This document shows positions 46,495 to 56,742 of a DNA stretch of 64,000 nt, piece after piece. Position 1 is the first letter of the stretch. Each line of letters opens with the position of its first letter. Below the pieces are notes generated by a model. The model was given only the letters and a program-made list of their open reading frames with translations, was not told where the DNA came from and searched no databases. A program made the translations under genes and the position numbers. The DNA comes from Candidatus Latescibacterota bacterium (GTDB lineage Bacteria > Latescibacterota > UBA2968 > UBA8231), in contig OZ244561.1 in the NCBI GenBank assembly GCA_965217585.1, positions 1,440,001 through 1,504,000 on the forward strand. The letters are read 5' to 3'.

Positions 46495-48396
46495 TTAGTA
46501 CACCACCGCGACGGTCCCCGCTAGCTGATCGCCGCCTTTTTCCGACTCCACCGATATGCGATAAACGTACAGGCCCGGGGGCACCCGCTCGCCGCTCTCG
46601 TCCCGGCCATCCCAAGAAAAGCGCAGATCGCCGCTGTGCTGTTGCCCGTCGTGGATTACCCGTAGCGAGCGGCCAGACAGATCAAAGACCGCGAGGCGCA
46701 AGGGCACTTCTTGGGTTACCTGCAACAGCTTGAAAGAGAAGTGGATCTGCTCGTTTATCCCGTCGCCATTGGGGGTGGCAATCTTCGGCTGCACCACTAT
46801 ATCGTCCAGCAGGCGACGGGAAATTGAGGTGCGCACCGTGAGCACCTCGCTCGCTATCTCACTGGCCGCATTGCCGTGATTGATGGGTTGCGCTAGCTCT
46901 AAGGGGCGCTGAGAGTCCCGCACCCAGCCGCGGAAGGTCGTGCCGTAGCGCAGCACTGGAGCGCGGAAGAATACCTCGATCACCCCACCGGAATCCCCGG
47001 ATGTGCGCGGGGGAAACAGGGAGACAGAAAAGCGCAGCGAATCCGGCTCGATGTGCACGGCGAAGCTGTCCAAGCCGGTGGCTTGGACCGAATCCACGCC
47101 GGTCACGCCAAAGGGCGCGGCGATTTCCACCCCGTCAAAACCAGAGTGTTGCGCACGGATGATGGGCTGAATGGCATACCTGAACGACGCGATCTCGCCC
47201 AGGGTGACTTCGGGGGGATATATTTCGCCCAGCACTTGCTCGGCGAGAGGCGGCTTGGTCGCCGAGAATTCGATGAACTCTACCTCGCCGCCCTCGCTGC
47301 CTACGGGCAAAAAATCGACCCGCAGTTGAAAGACCGAATTGGGACCGGGCGAGGTTATGTGGGTGCCGCTGCTGTCGGCGAACGCATAGGGCGAAGACCA
47401 GAAGCTCCAGTTGTCAATGTCGTAGGTGATTTCGCCGGCCTCGCCTGGCTTGAGAAAGAGATAGTCCGCCGCGTCGAGAGGCTGGCCTGCTTCGTCGAGC
47501 GACGTTACCTCATTGCCCCGGCCGGTGAATCGCCAGTATACGTTTGGATCGAGATCCTTCCCGGCCCGCGATTGGATCCAGACGCGGGCGCGGGGATCCT
47601 GGCGACCGCGCCAGCGGATGTTGCCCCACACGGCCGGCTCGCCGAGATCGATAAACGGGCCGACGTACGATGCTTGGTCGGAGTAGCCTACGCCATAGAC
47701 TTCCACTTCGCCGATCCGCAGAGCCTTGGGCGACGCTCGGTAGAGCAACAGGCCCACGCTGCGAGCGAGGGCCGGGGGGAAGCGCACGTCTATGGTGTCC
47801 TGCACGTTTTCGGGTAGCTCGAAGACGAGCTGGCCGCCGACACGGGCGGCACCATACCCCGAGACGTTGTCTTTCTTCTGCACGCCTAGGTCGGCGTTCA
47901 CGTCCAACTTGTCGGGATACAGGCCGCTCTCGGCGGTGACGATCCGCACCCTGTTGACAAAGAACAGGCCGCCGAGGTCCATGGTGACGCGCCGCGACTC
48001 CAAGTAGCGCTGGCCCGTGAACCGGCTCTGAATGCCCTCCACCCATTCCCAGAACGTTGCGGGATCGGCGTCAATCATCTTCTTGGAGAGATCGGTTATG
48101 GAATAGCTCGCTACCCCGCTGACCCGCACGTAAGGCCCCCCGCGCCGATCAGCGCTGGTGAGGGCGATATTGGTCTCCGGCGTCAAAAAGATCGGCCGCA
48201 GTGTTCCGGCGGCGAGGGCCTCGGCGGCGAGGCTTTGCTCCTCCTCGAAGTCGCTCCAAGACAATTGATGGAAGTTCACCCCGGCCTCGCTCGGACGGGG
48301 CACGTCCTCGCCGCCGATGCGGTAAATCTCCACAGTCCCACCCCTTCCCGGCGCGAGCGCCGCGAGCACGAGGGCCAGTAACATCCTTTTTTTCAT
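46495..48396 (-). CDS. Secreted discoidin-like/FlgD-Ig protein
   Basis: Signal peptide, MIDADPATFW, MDLGG, ITSPGP, ATPNGDGINE, WDGRDESG..VPPGLY. Confidence 0.8.
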   Translation of the reverse strand: MKKRMLLALVLAALAPGRGGTVEIYRIGGEDVPRPSEAGVNFHQLSWSDFEEEQSLAAEALAAGTLRPIFLTPETNIALTSADRRGGPYVRVSGVASYSITDLSKKMIDADPATFWEWVEGIQSRFTGQRYLESRRVTMDLGGLFFVNRVRIVTAESGLYPDKLDVNADLGVQKKDNVSGYGAARVGGQLVFELPENVQDTIDVRFPPALARSVGLLLYRASPKALRIGEVEVYGVGYSDQASYVGPFIDLGEPAVWGNIRWRGRQDPRARVWIQSRAGKDLDPNVYWRFTGRGNEVTSLDEAGQPLDAADYLFLKPGEAGEITYDIDNWSFWSSPYAFADSSGTHITSPGPNSVFQLRVDFLPVGSEGGEVEFIEFSATKPPLAEQVLGEIYPPEVTLGEIASFRYAIQPIIRAQHSGFDGVEIAAPFGVTGVDSVQATGLDSFAVHIEPDSLRFSVSLFPPRTSGDSGGVIEVFFRAPVLRYGTTFRGWVRDSQRPLELAQPINHGNAASEIASEVLTVRTSISRRLLDDIVVQPKIATPNGDGINEQIHFSFKLLQVTQEVPLRLAVFDLSGRSLRVIHDGQQHSGDLRFSWDGRDESGERVPPGLYVYRISVESEKGGDQLAGTVAVVY

Positions 48397-48408
48397 GGCG
48401 TCTGCACC

Positions 48409-51114
48409 TTAGTCGAGCCCGGCATAGACCGTCACAAACTGGGATGCGCCGGTAAAAGCGTCCTCTCCCTTGCGGTCAATGCGGCTGACCCGCAGGCCCA
48501 TCTGGGTGGTCAAACTGTATCCGAGATACGCGCCTGTATTGGAGTACTGGATGGCGAGAACTGTCTCTCGGTAGTCTGGCGACAAACCCAAAGCCCGCAC
48601 TTTTTCCGCGTCTTCAAGCTGGCTGAATATGGTGTACTCCAACCCGGCCCTCAGCTCGGAACGGGTCAGGATTGCAACCTCGCCGATCAAGAACAAGAGC
48701 AGGGCGTTTTCCTTGCGCACGGGATCGTTGCTCAGCAGCGGCGCTTCGCGGCGGTGTTCGTTCTTGATCTTGGGGGCCAGCACCACGCGGCCGATCGTTC
48801 GCCGGTACTCGGCCTTGTTGATCAGGCCGAAGAACTGGAAGTTTTCGCGCACGTCCGGCTGCGCGTCGTTTTGGTGCCAGATGTCGTATTTCAGCTTGTT
48901 GGTGAAGGTCAGGCCGGGGATGCTGATGTAATCGAAACGGACAAATGCCGAATTGATATAGGTATTGAGCGCGGCCACGGGATCTTCTATCCGCTGCAAC
49001 GCGCCTGGGGCACCGGTCGGCTGCACCCACTGGACGACGTTGTCGGCGATCTCGTCCTCGACCCGCTTGAACATGTCGAAGACGCGGAACCGGCCCACGC
49101 CGGCGATGTCCTTGTCCCAAGTAACAATTCCGTATGCGGTTTGTTCGCGCTTCTTGGCCGAGAGCATGCGTTCCTGTTTGTAGCCTGCGGTCAGCCGCAT
49201 CTCGGGCGCGAGGTGCATCCCGACATACGCATTGTAGCCGCGGCGATTGCGGTCGTATGGATAATCCGGGTCTTCGTCGTTTTCAAAGCGGTCGATCCAG
49301 AAATTGTTGTTCATGTCCATGCCAAACAAAAACTCCGGGCGATCTACGTGGTAGCGCAGGAAAGGCTCCTCGTAGTCGGGGACGAAGTTCGGCCGAAACT
49401 CGTTGTCGTTCTGGTTGAAATCTGAGATGAAGTCGAGGTTTTCATCCCACCCAGGGAAAATCCGCAAATCCGGCCCGAATTGGTTGAGGCGCAGCCAATC
49501 GGGGATGCGGTCTTGGTCGTCGTTGTCGTCAACCCATTCGTAAAAATTAGTCGTTGGGTCGGTGTAGTCGATATCGCCCGAAGGCGAGGCAATCAGGCTG
49601 GTGGTGCCGTAGTTGTAATCCATGCTATAGGTCTCGGCAAAGAGGAAATAGGGATAGCTCTTCTTCGACAGATTGACCATATAGGCATTGGCTTGATCCG
49701 CCGCCGTGTGGTGGGTCGCAAAAGCGCGGTTCGGGTATTTGCGATAGTGCCGACTGCGGTCGAATTCCGCGTACAGATCAAAACCCAGCACGCCCCGCGC
49801 CTCCAAGGTAAAGCCGTAAATGTCGTTCCCCGTCGGTAGGCCGTAGTCGAGGCGCAACAGCCCCAAGTTGGAGCCGTCCTGGACGTTGCCAGCCGCTCGC
49901 TTCGTCGTCAGAAAAACGGGCTGGCCTTCGGGTATGTTGAGCTGGCGATCCGAGCTCATCTCGATGTGGTAGTCGTTGGCCACCACCAACTCGATCTGCG
50001 CACGGCGAATGGTGGAAAGCTCGGGGCCAGTGTACGACGGGGAGCGGAAGTCGTAGGTCATTTCGATTCGCTCGTCGCCATCGGCCGCGAGGAATCCGAG
50101 GCGCTGTAAGCCGCCATCGATGATCGGCTCAAAGCCGATTTGGCTGCCCCGCACCGTCTCTTTCTCGACCTCGACGACGCGCTCGCCTGCTTCTGTTTCG
50201 CGCGCCACCTCGGTCTCGGATTCAATGATGATGTCCCACGAGAAGAGGGCTGCCCCGCCCTCGCGATCTTCGGGCGAATCATCGCTCAGGCGGATGAAGA
50301 TCTGCCCGACGTGCTCTAGATTTTGCCCAACCGTCAGCGAACCGGTCCACGGGTTGCCCTCGAAGCTCTCCAACAGGGTTTGGGAATTGTGGGCGTTGAT
50401 ATAGAGGCCGCCTACCTCGACAAAGTCGCCGATCTGCGTCGTACCGTAGAAGCCCAACAGGTTGGTGCTATTAGTGGTTTCAACAGACACTCTCCGCGCC
50501 AGTCCCGGAGAGCTAATCCGCGACATCAAGACGGTCAGGCTGTATTTGTCGGACTGAAAATCGGCCTGTATGCCGTCAAAGGTCGGCTTGGAAAAAGTCA
50601 TCGGCGTCAGCGTGGTGCGGATCTTGCTACCGATCGTCAGGGCCAAGTTGTTTTGCCCCTTTTGGTCGGAAGCAATGACCAGCTCGTTGAACCACGCGCT
50701 GAACCTAGAGGTCTTGAAGACCGTGCTGCCAAACTGCTGGGGCTGATTCTGGCTCCAGTCGTAGACGAGCCAGCCGCGGTTGATAAAAGACCCATAGAGG
50801 TCGTAAAAATAATCGCCTTCTATGTCGCTGGAGACGTAGCGCTGGTACAGGTCGCGGGCGTAGTTGGTGTATTCCCATTGCTTCCAGCCGTAGAGTTGGT
50901 ATAGCTCCTGGGGCGCGTACCAACGCCGCACGGCCGGATCTAAGGCGTCGAACAGCACCCCCGGCCCCACGGGTTCATACGAGACCTCACCGCCTCGCTG
51001 CACCCCCAACCTACTGCCGTAATCTTCCCTTCTCTGCGCTCCAATATCGCCGCTCGTCGCCGCGACAATCAGGGCTGTCAGTAAAAGCAAATTCCGTCTG
51101 GCCACTGTACGCAT
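48409..51114 (-). CDS. Large secreted protein, probable outer-membrane beta-barrel with Asp-rich Ca-binding loops
   Basis: Signal peptide, amphipathic aromatic-rich strands, DDNDDQDRIPD / DENLDFISD / DMNNN motifs, terminal FVTVYAGLD. Confidence 0.6.
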   Translation of the reverse strand: MRTVARRNLLLLTALIVAATSGDIGAQRREDYGSRLGVQRGGEVSYEPVGPGVLFDALDPAVRRWYAPQELYQLYGWKQWEYTNYARDLYQRYVSSDIEGDYFYDLYGSFINRGWLVYDWSQNQPQQFGSTVFKTSRFSAWFNELVIASDQKGQNNLALTIGSKIRTTLTPMTFSKPTFDGIQADFQSDKYSLTVLMSRISSPGLARRVSVETTNSTNLLGFYGTTQIGDFVEVGGLYINAHNSQTLLESFEGNPWTGSLTVGQNLEHVGQIFIRLSDDSPEDREGGAALFSWDIIIESETEVARETEAGERVVEVEKETVRGSQIGFEPIIDGGLQRLGFLAADGDERIEMTYDFRSPSYTGPELSTIRRAQIELVVANDYHIEMSSDRQLNIPEGQPVFLTTKRAAGNVQDGSNLGLLRLDYGLPTGNDIYGFTLEARGVLGFDLYAEFDRSRHYRKYPNRAFATHHTAADQANAYMVNLSKKSYPYFLFAETYSMDYNYGTTSLIASPSGDIDYTDPTTNFYEWVDDNDDQDRIPDWLRLNQFGPDLRIFPGWDENLDFISDFNQNDNEFRPNFVPDYEEPFLRYHVDRPEFLFGMDMNNNFWIDRFENDEDPDYPYDRNRRGYNAYVGMHLAPEMRLTAGYKQERMLSAKKREQTAYGIVTWDKDIAGVGRFRVFDMFKRVEDEIADNVVQWVQPTGAPGALQRIEDPVAALNTYINSAFVRFDYISIPGLTFTNKLKYDIWHQNDAQPDVRENFQFFGLINKAEYRRTIGRVVLAPKIKNEHRREAPLLSNDPVRKENALLLFLIGEVAILTRSELRAGLEYTIFSQLEDAEKVRALGLSPDYRETVLAIQYSNTGAYLGYSLTTQMGLRVSRIDRKGEDAFTGASQFVTVYAGLD

Positions 51115-51132
51115 CCTTTGTTTATTCCCGCG

Positions 51133-52857
51133 TCAATAGGCGATGGCTACCGCGCTACTGCTGCGCTCGGTGCCGCTGTCGGTCTCCACTTCGACTTGCA
51201 GGATGTAAAGCCCTGGCAGCAGTAGCTCGCCCCGTGCATCTCGGCCATCCCAAGGGCGCTGGAACCGCCCGCTCTTGCTGCCAGCGACCGGCAGTTCTGC
51301 AACCTGATTGCGCGCCAAGTCGTAGATCCGCAGCGCAACCGGCGCCCGGCCCGTCAGATAGAGCAGATCGTAGCTGATCGTCGTGTAATCGTTGATCCCG
51401 TCGCCGTTAGGCGTGAACATGGGCGGCGTTGCGGACACCCGATGCACCAAGCGCTGGCCCTTCAAGGGCACCCGCACGCTCAGGTCGTCTCCCGCAAAGA
51501 GGGGGGCGGCGTTGCCGCGCTCGATCGCTTGGGGCAGCGCACCCTCTCGCGTGGTGTCGAGCAGCCGTCCGGTAAACACGGTCTCATAGCGCAGCACAGC
51601 CGTGTCGAAAACCACTTGCAGGGCGCGATTGCCGGTCTGGCGCACAAAGCTGGCCTGCAGGCCGTTGGCCCCTAGTTCCTCGCTGAACTCGATCGCTTGG
51701 CCATCTACGAGCAACTCGCGCAGGGCGCGGACTGGGGCCGGGGTGTCGATTTCCAAGCGGTCGAATCCCCGGGCGTCCGTCACTTCGATGGTATAGACGA
51801 AACTCGTATCCACGCCGACGGGGACCTCCTGTGGCCATATCTCGCCGACGATCGACTGCGCCAAGGCCGGGCGAAAGACCTCAAAAGCGAGTGAATCCAC
51901 GGCAATGCCATCTTCGAGTCCATCGCTCTCAAACGCCATGCTGAACTGGAAATAGCGGCGCGGTGCCGGCGAGAGAATCGGATCGCCGCTGTTCCGATAG
52001 GGCGTGGACCAAGGGCTCCAGCTAGCGGGCTCGTCGTCTGGCGAGGGGCTGCTGCCGCTGCGGGTGCGAACCACGAGCCGCGATCGCTGCGGCAAGCCCA
52101 CTTGCTCGGTGGCCCATTGCAGCCGGCCCCACAGCGCATCCTGCTCCATGTCGAAGACCTCGGACAGGTAATCCGCCTCGGGCACGAACCCGCTGCCAAA
52201 AATTTCTAATTCGTCGATTTCCCAGTTGAACCGCTGCGTGGATTCCAAGCGGAGATAGCGCACGTATTGCAGGGGGAATCGCACATCGATGGTGTCGCGG
52301 CTATTGCTGCCGTCTTGAGCCATGAGCGTTAGCAAGGTCTTGTCCGGCAGCTTTTCGACCGAGGCGGCTATGATGTCTGCGCCGAATGCGCCGTCGTTGA
52401 TAGAGAGCACGTAGCCTTTCATAAAGTCGCTCTTGAAGGCTTGGCGGGGGAAGAAGCGAATGTGATTGACGCCAAACCGAGCGCCTAAATCGACGACTAG
52501 GAGGATTCCGGTGGCCACCACGTTCTTGGCCTCAAAAGCCGTGCCTGGATCGCCATCCACCATGCTGTGCAAGCGCTCTTTGAGCACGGCTGAGGTCATG
52601 CGCAAAACGGCCTGGGCGTTGGGCGAAGTCACCCGACCGCCGCGCTCGAGGATCCCCGCGGCAATATTGGTGTTTGCCGCCACGCTGCGCGGCTGGATCC
52701 ATCCCGCGCGGGCGCTGAAGTCGATGACCGGCGCAGATGTGGCCGCCTCCTGCCAAGTCGCGCCGCTTCCGGCACCCCCGACTACGATGTTTTCCGTCGC
52801 TAGGGCCGCCGCAGCGAGTAACCCCACTAAAGCCAAGGCATTGCGCTGTCTGCTCAT
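51133..52857 (-). CDS. Secreted discoidin-like/FlgD-Ig protein
   Basis: Probable start MSRQRNALAL (52857, downstream of the terminator); MVDGDPGTAF, VDLG, SPAPRRYFQ, FTPNGDGIND, WDGRD. Confidence 0.8.
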   Translation of the reverse strand: MSRQRNALALVGLLAAAALATENIVVGGAGSGATWQEAATSAPVIDFSARAGWIQPRSVAANTNIAAGILERGGRVTSPNAQAVLRMTSAVLKERLHSMVDGDPGTAFEAKNVVATGILLVVDLGARFGVNHIRFFPRQAFKSDFMKGYVLSINDGAFGADIIAASVEKLPDKTLLTLMAQDGSNSRDTIDVRFPLQYVRYLRLESTQRFNWEIDELEIFGSGFVPEADYLSEVFDMEQDALWGRLQWATEQVGLPQRSRLVVRTRSGSSPSPDDEPASWSPWSTPYRNSGDPILSPAPRRYFQFSMAFESDGLEDGIAVDSLAFEVFRPALAQSIVGEIWPQEVPVGVDTSFVYTIEVTDARGFDRLEIDTPAPVRALRELLVDGQAIEFSEELGANGLQASFVRQTGNRALQVVFDTAVLRYETVFTGRLLDTTREGALPQAIERGNAAPLFAGDDLSVRVPLKGQRLVHRVSATPPMFTPNGDGINDYTTISYDLLYLTGRAPVALRIYDLARNQVAELPVAGSKSGRFQRPWDGRDARGELLLPGLYILQVEVETDSGTERSSSAVAIAY

Positions 52858-52876
52858 ATCGCCTCTTGGGAGGTAT

Positions 52877-52916
52877 AAAAAAACCGCCATGCCAGGTCGG
52901 AAGCCCGGCATGGCGG
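52877..52916 (-). terminator. Intrinsic terminator after the first gene of the surface-protein operon
   Basis: ccgccatgcc/ggcatggcgg stem followed by T7 on the minus strand. Confidence 0.8.
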
Positions 52917-52941
52917 CACTCAGTCTGCGCGCCTGAAACAA

Positions 52942-53829
52942 CTACTCAGCAAACGTAGATTTGAGCCGACCCCAGCCAATTTCCTCTACGGCCGTTTCCT
53001 CTCCAGCCATGGCTTGGGAAGCCCAATCGATATCCGGGTCGATGGGGGCCAACAGAAAGTCGGAGAGCAAATCGCCCTGGAAGTAGCTATCCGTGGCCCC
53101 ACTCAGGGTCCAGTAGCCCTCATAGCCGCCGCTCTCCAGGTCGTCGTCGTCGATGATCGTGAAGTGGAAGCCCGCGATATTGCCCTCGACCAAGGAGCCG
53201 ATGGTGCTCTGGTCGATCCCGTTCCAGTTCAGGTTGTCGAAGGGGGTCAGCATATACTCGGCCCGGAAGAAGCCCTCCCCGCCTTCATCAGCAGTCTGGG
53301 TGGAGGCGAACTCCCCGTAGGGCGGCTCGGTGATCCACTGGGCTTTGCCCCAATGGTTGAGGCCCGGGCCGCCTTGGTTGAAACCATAGTTCTGGGCATG
53401 GGCGCCGTGCAGTAGATCCTTCTGATCTTGGTCTTCCACGTCGGGCCACACGTTGAACATGCCGCCGCTGTGGTCCGCGTCGAAAACCATCTCCATAGGC
53501 TCCCAGCCGGTGGTGACCCAGATGGCGTCGTCGAACCGATCCTCCATGACGTAGAGCTTGTTGGTGTTGGGATTCCAGCCGACGATGGCCCGCAGCGCTA
53601 AGTCGGTGGCGTCCCACGCGGTACCCACGCCTCTCACGGTCTCGGTCAATTGCTCGTGGTTGATCCAGTAGCCATCGGGAATGACGTCCCACTCGATGAG
53701 ATTGCCGTCGATGGTGGGAATGTTGGCATCTGGAAATTGCACTGCCGGGAACACCACATCTGCAGGCAGGTGTGCCCAGCAGGGGATGGCCGCGAGCGCA
53801 ACGGCGAAAATCAGGGCGAGCTTTTTCAT
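52942..53829 (-). CDS. Secreted acidic DOMON/CBM9-like protein with a C-terminal TAVE..WG..K tail
   Basis: Signal peptide, PTIDGNL.EW, DADHSGG, IIDDD; ends TAVEEIGWGRLKSTFAE. Confidence 0.7.
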   Translation of the reverse strand: MKKLALIFAVALAAIPCWAHLPADVVFPAVQFPDANIPTIDGNLIEWDVIPDGYWINHEQLTETVRGVGTAWDATDLALRAIVGWNPNTNKLYVMEDRFDDAIWVTTGWEPMEMVFDADHSGGMFNVWPDVEDQDQKDLLHGAHAQNYGFNQGGPGLNHWGKAQWITEPPYGEFASTQTADEGGEGFFRAEYMLTPFDNLNWNGIDQSTIGSLVEGNIAGFHFTIIDDDDLESGGYEGYWTLSGATDSYFQGDLLSDFLLAPIDPDIDWASQAMAGEETAVEEIGWGRLKSTFAE

Positions 53830-53889
53830 TGCTTTACTCCAGTTGGAAAGAGGTTGGAAAACCTATAACTTCTCTGCACATATTTGTAA

Positions 53890-53919
53890 ATTGTACGGAA
53901 TTTGTTTCTCACTTGTCAA
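53890..53919 (-). promoter_or_regulatory. Near-consensus sigma70 promoter for the leftward operon
   Basis: TTGACA-N18-TACAAT in an AT-rich divergent intergenic region. Confidence 0.65.
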
Positions 53920-53949
53920 AAAAATAAAAACCTTGTCCCTTAAATAAAT

Positions 53950-55866
53950 ATGCAAAAATTTATGCGGTTTTTGGGCCATCGCGCTCGCGTTTCGCCGGCT
54001 GCGTCTTTGTCATTTTTGCGCTGGCTGCTCTGCCCTCTCCTCGCTCTTGCCTGTGAAACGCGAGAGCCAGATGACAGGCCGCTGGCCCAAGTGGGCACTG
54101 AGTTGATTACCGAGCGGGATTATCGCAGTTTTGTCGCCGGCCTGCCCGAGTGGACCAAGAGCGCGGTCGAGGGCAGCGACCAAGTGCGCGACTACCTGCA
54201 ATCCCTCGTCGATCGCGCCCTCATCTTGCGCGCCGCGCGGGCGCAAAAGGTGGAGCAGAGCGCGGCCGTACAAAAAAACATGGCAACGGCCCTGCGGCTA
54301 AAAGTGGGGCAGGCGATGGAGCAGCGCTACATCCGGCCCGCCGTCTCGGTCAGCGAAGAAGAACTGCGGCGCGAATTCGCCGCGCAGCGGTGGGAGCGGC
54401 AGCTCAAGATCGCCCACATTTTCGTGCGGACCCAGGCGCGGGCCGAAGCGGCCCTAGCCGCCCTGCGAGCGGGCCACTCCTTTGCGGAAGTGGCACACGA
54501 GTTTTCGCAAAATCTCACCACCGCGGCGCACGGTGGGGAAAAGCCTTACTATTACAGCCGCATCAATGCCATTCCAGCCGTGCGCGATTCCTTGTTCAGC
54601 TTGCCCAAAGGCGCAATATCCAGCATCCTCCCCGTTCCCAAGGGGTACGAGATTTTCAAGATCCTCGACGAGCGCATAGCTCCCTATGAGCAAATGCGGC
54701 CACAGGTCCTCAAGGCCGTTATGAGGGAACGGTTGCAGGCACGGCGGTGGGCGTACATCGACTCGCTAGCCAAGCGGTTCCAATGGCAGGAGGCTGCGGA
54801 GGGCATGGAGCGGCTCACGCGCATCTTGCACAGCGGCGAGCAAGAGGGCGATAAGCAGGTATTCTACCTCTCGGATGCAGACGCCGCGGCCGCGCTGTAC
54901 ACCTACCGGGGCGGTGCAATCAGCTTGGGAGAAGCAGTGAGCCGCTCGCAGTTCATCCGCCAAGGGCGGTACGTGGACGACAGCCTGAAGGTGGCGCACT
55001 ACTTGGAGCGCGACGTGAAGGTGCCGCAGCTTCTCCTGCTGCAGGGCCGCGCCTTGGGAATCGACCAGGAGCCTGCGATCGCCGACTGGCTTACGCGCAA
55101 AAAGGAAGAAATCCTCATCCGCGAAATGCGGCGTCTCGCCACGACTCACCAGAGGCCGGTGCCCGAACAAGAGATGCGCGCTCACTACGAGGCCCACCCG
55201 AGAAGTTACCAGACTTCGTCCATGGTAGAAGTTGTGGAAATACAAGTCGAGGAAGAGGCCCAAGCGCGGGAATTGCTATCCCAGATACGCGCCGACCGGC
55301 AGCGGGCCGCACCACTAATCGCCCTCCTCGCTATCATAAAAAAGGATGGGCGCGAGGTGAGCGCGTTGCAGAACCTTGGCGATGAACTCGCGGTATATGG
55401 CTGGCTCAAGCGGCGTCTAAGCGACCCCTTGGGCACGGCGCAAGTCGCCGCAGAAGTTGCAAAAGCGACCGGGCCGGCAGACCTCGCCGAGACCTACATC
55501 GCACGCCAGCTCGCAGCCGTCCACAGCGTGCGCCACGGCAGCCGCGAGGCCGAGGGCCTCTACCAGCTCTATTGGCACGAGACGCCGCGCTTTGGGCCGC
55601 TGGTCAAAGCGACTATGGAGGCCGAGGTCGGCGCGCTCGTCGGCCCGGTAGAACACCACGGCCTGTACTCGATCGCCAAAATCGTCGGGCGCACCGAATC
55701 GGGGCGGCGGCCCTTTGCGGAAGTACAGCAGCGCATCGAACACACCTTGCGGCGCGGACGAGAGAACGAATTGTTCGGGGAGTGGCTGCAAGCGTTGCGC
55801 GCCGCGGAGGACGAGGTGGTCTTCTTCGACGACAACATCAGAGCACTGGGGCAGGACGCGCCGTGA
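53950..55866 (+). CDS. Parvulin/SurA-like peptidyl-prolyl isomerase with two rotamase-like domains (probable lipoprotein)
   Basis: LLALAC lipobox-like, IAHIFV...SFAEVAHEFS...GG, second unit VEVVEI...VGPV...GLYSI. Exact start uncertain. Confidence 0.75.
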   Translation: MQKFMRFLGHRARVSPAASLSFLRWLLCPLLALACETREPDDRPLAQVGTELITERDYRSFVAGLPEWTKSAVEGSDQVRDYLQSLVDRALILRAARAQKVEQSAAVQKNMATALRLKVGQAMEQRYIRPAVSVSEEELRREFAAQRWERQLKIAHIFVRTQARAEAALAALRAGHSFAEVAHEFSQNLTTAAHGGEKPYYYSRINAIPAVRDSLFSLPKGAISSILPVPKGYEIFKILDERIAPYEQMRPQVLKAVMRERLQARRWAYIDSLAKRFQWQEAAEGMERLTRILHSGEQEGDKQVFYLSDADAAAALYTYRGGAISLGEAVSRSQFIRQGRYVDDSLKVAHYLERDVKVPQLLLLQGRALGIDQEPAIADWLTRKKEEILIREMRRLATTHQRPVPEQEMRAHYEAHPRSYQTSSMVEVVEIQVEEEAQARELLSQIRADRQRAAPLIALLAIIKKDGREVSALQNLGDELAVYGWLKRRLSDPLGTAQVAAEVAKATGPADLAETYIARQLAAVHSVRHGSREAEGLYQLYWHETPRFGPLVKATMEAEVGALVGPVEHHGLYSIAKIVGRTESGRRPFAEVQQRIEHTLRRGRENELFGEWLQALRAAEDEVVFFDDNIRALGQDAP

Positions 55867-56741
55867 TCCAACGCGAACTCCGCAAGCTGATCGTGCCCCT
55901 GCTCGGGCCGGCGCTCGTGCTGCACATCGCGTTCTTTGTGCTGCCGGTATGCAGCGCCTTCTACTATTCGCTGACTTCTTGGTCGGGCGTATCGCCGGAA
56001 AAAGAGTACATCGGCTTCGCTAATTTTGCGCGCGCCTTTGCCGATCACACTTTTCTCACGGCCCTAGAAAACGTCTTTTTGTTCGGCGTCCTCGGATTCT
56101 TAGTCGTCTTTCCGCTGAGCCTGCTATTCGCGGTAATTCTCTCCAAAAAGCCGCCCTTTGCGGGCTTTCTAAAATTCGTCGTCTTTGCCCCCACCCTGCT
56201 CTCGGTCGTGGTCACTGCCGTGCTGTGGGGTAGCATCTACAACCCGGTCATCGGCCTGCTCAACGAAACCCTGCGCAGCGTCGGGCTAGACGCACTCACC
56301 CGGCCCTGGCTAGGCAGCCGCCACAACGCCCTGCCGGCCATTGCCGTCGCCATGATCTGGCAGGGGCTGGGCACTTATGTGATCCTATTTTTGGCGGGCT
56401 TGCAAAAGATCCCGCTCAGTTTTTACGAGTCCGCCGAGTTAGATGGGGCCAATGCCTGGCAGCAATTTTGGCACGTGACCCTGCCGCTGCTGTGGGACGT
56501 CGTGCAGATTTTGGTGATTTTCTGGATCATCGGCGCCTTTCAGGCTTTTGCCCTCATCTTCGTCATCACGCGCGGCTATCCCAACGTCATTGAGGTGCTG
56601 GGAACCTATATCTATTGGGCCGGCTTTCAGGGGCAGAGCATCGGCTATGCCTCGGCCATGGGGGTCGTCATGTTCTTCTTCGTACTGGCGTTTAGCCTCG
56701 TGGTCAATCGCCTGATGCGCCGCGAGAGCGTGGAATACTGA
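55863..56741 (+). CDS. Carbohydrate ABC transporter permease (MalF-like)
   Basis: IGFANF, FLAGLQKIP..FYESAELDGA EAA loop; start GTG at 55863. Confidence 0.92.
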   Translation: MIQRELRKLIVPLLGPALVLHIAFFVLPVCSAFYYSLTSWSGVSPEKEYIGFANFARAFADHTFLTALENVFLFGVLGFLVVFPLSLLFAVILSKKPPFAGFLKFVVFAPTLLSVVVTAVLWGSIYNPVIGLLNETLRSVGLDALTRPWLGSRHNALPAIAVAMIWQGLGTYVILFLAGLQKIPLSFYESAELDGANAWQQFWHVTLPLLWDVVQILVIFWIIGAFQAFALIFVITRGYPNVIEVLGTYIYWAGFQGQSIGYASAMGVVMFFFVLAFSLVVNRLMRRESVEY

Positions 56742-56742
56742 G

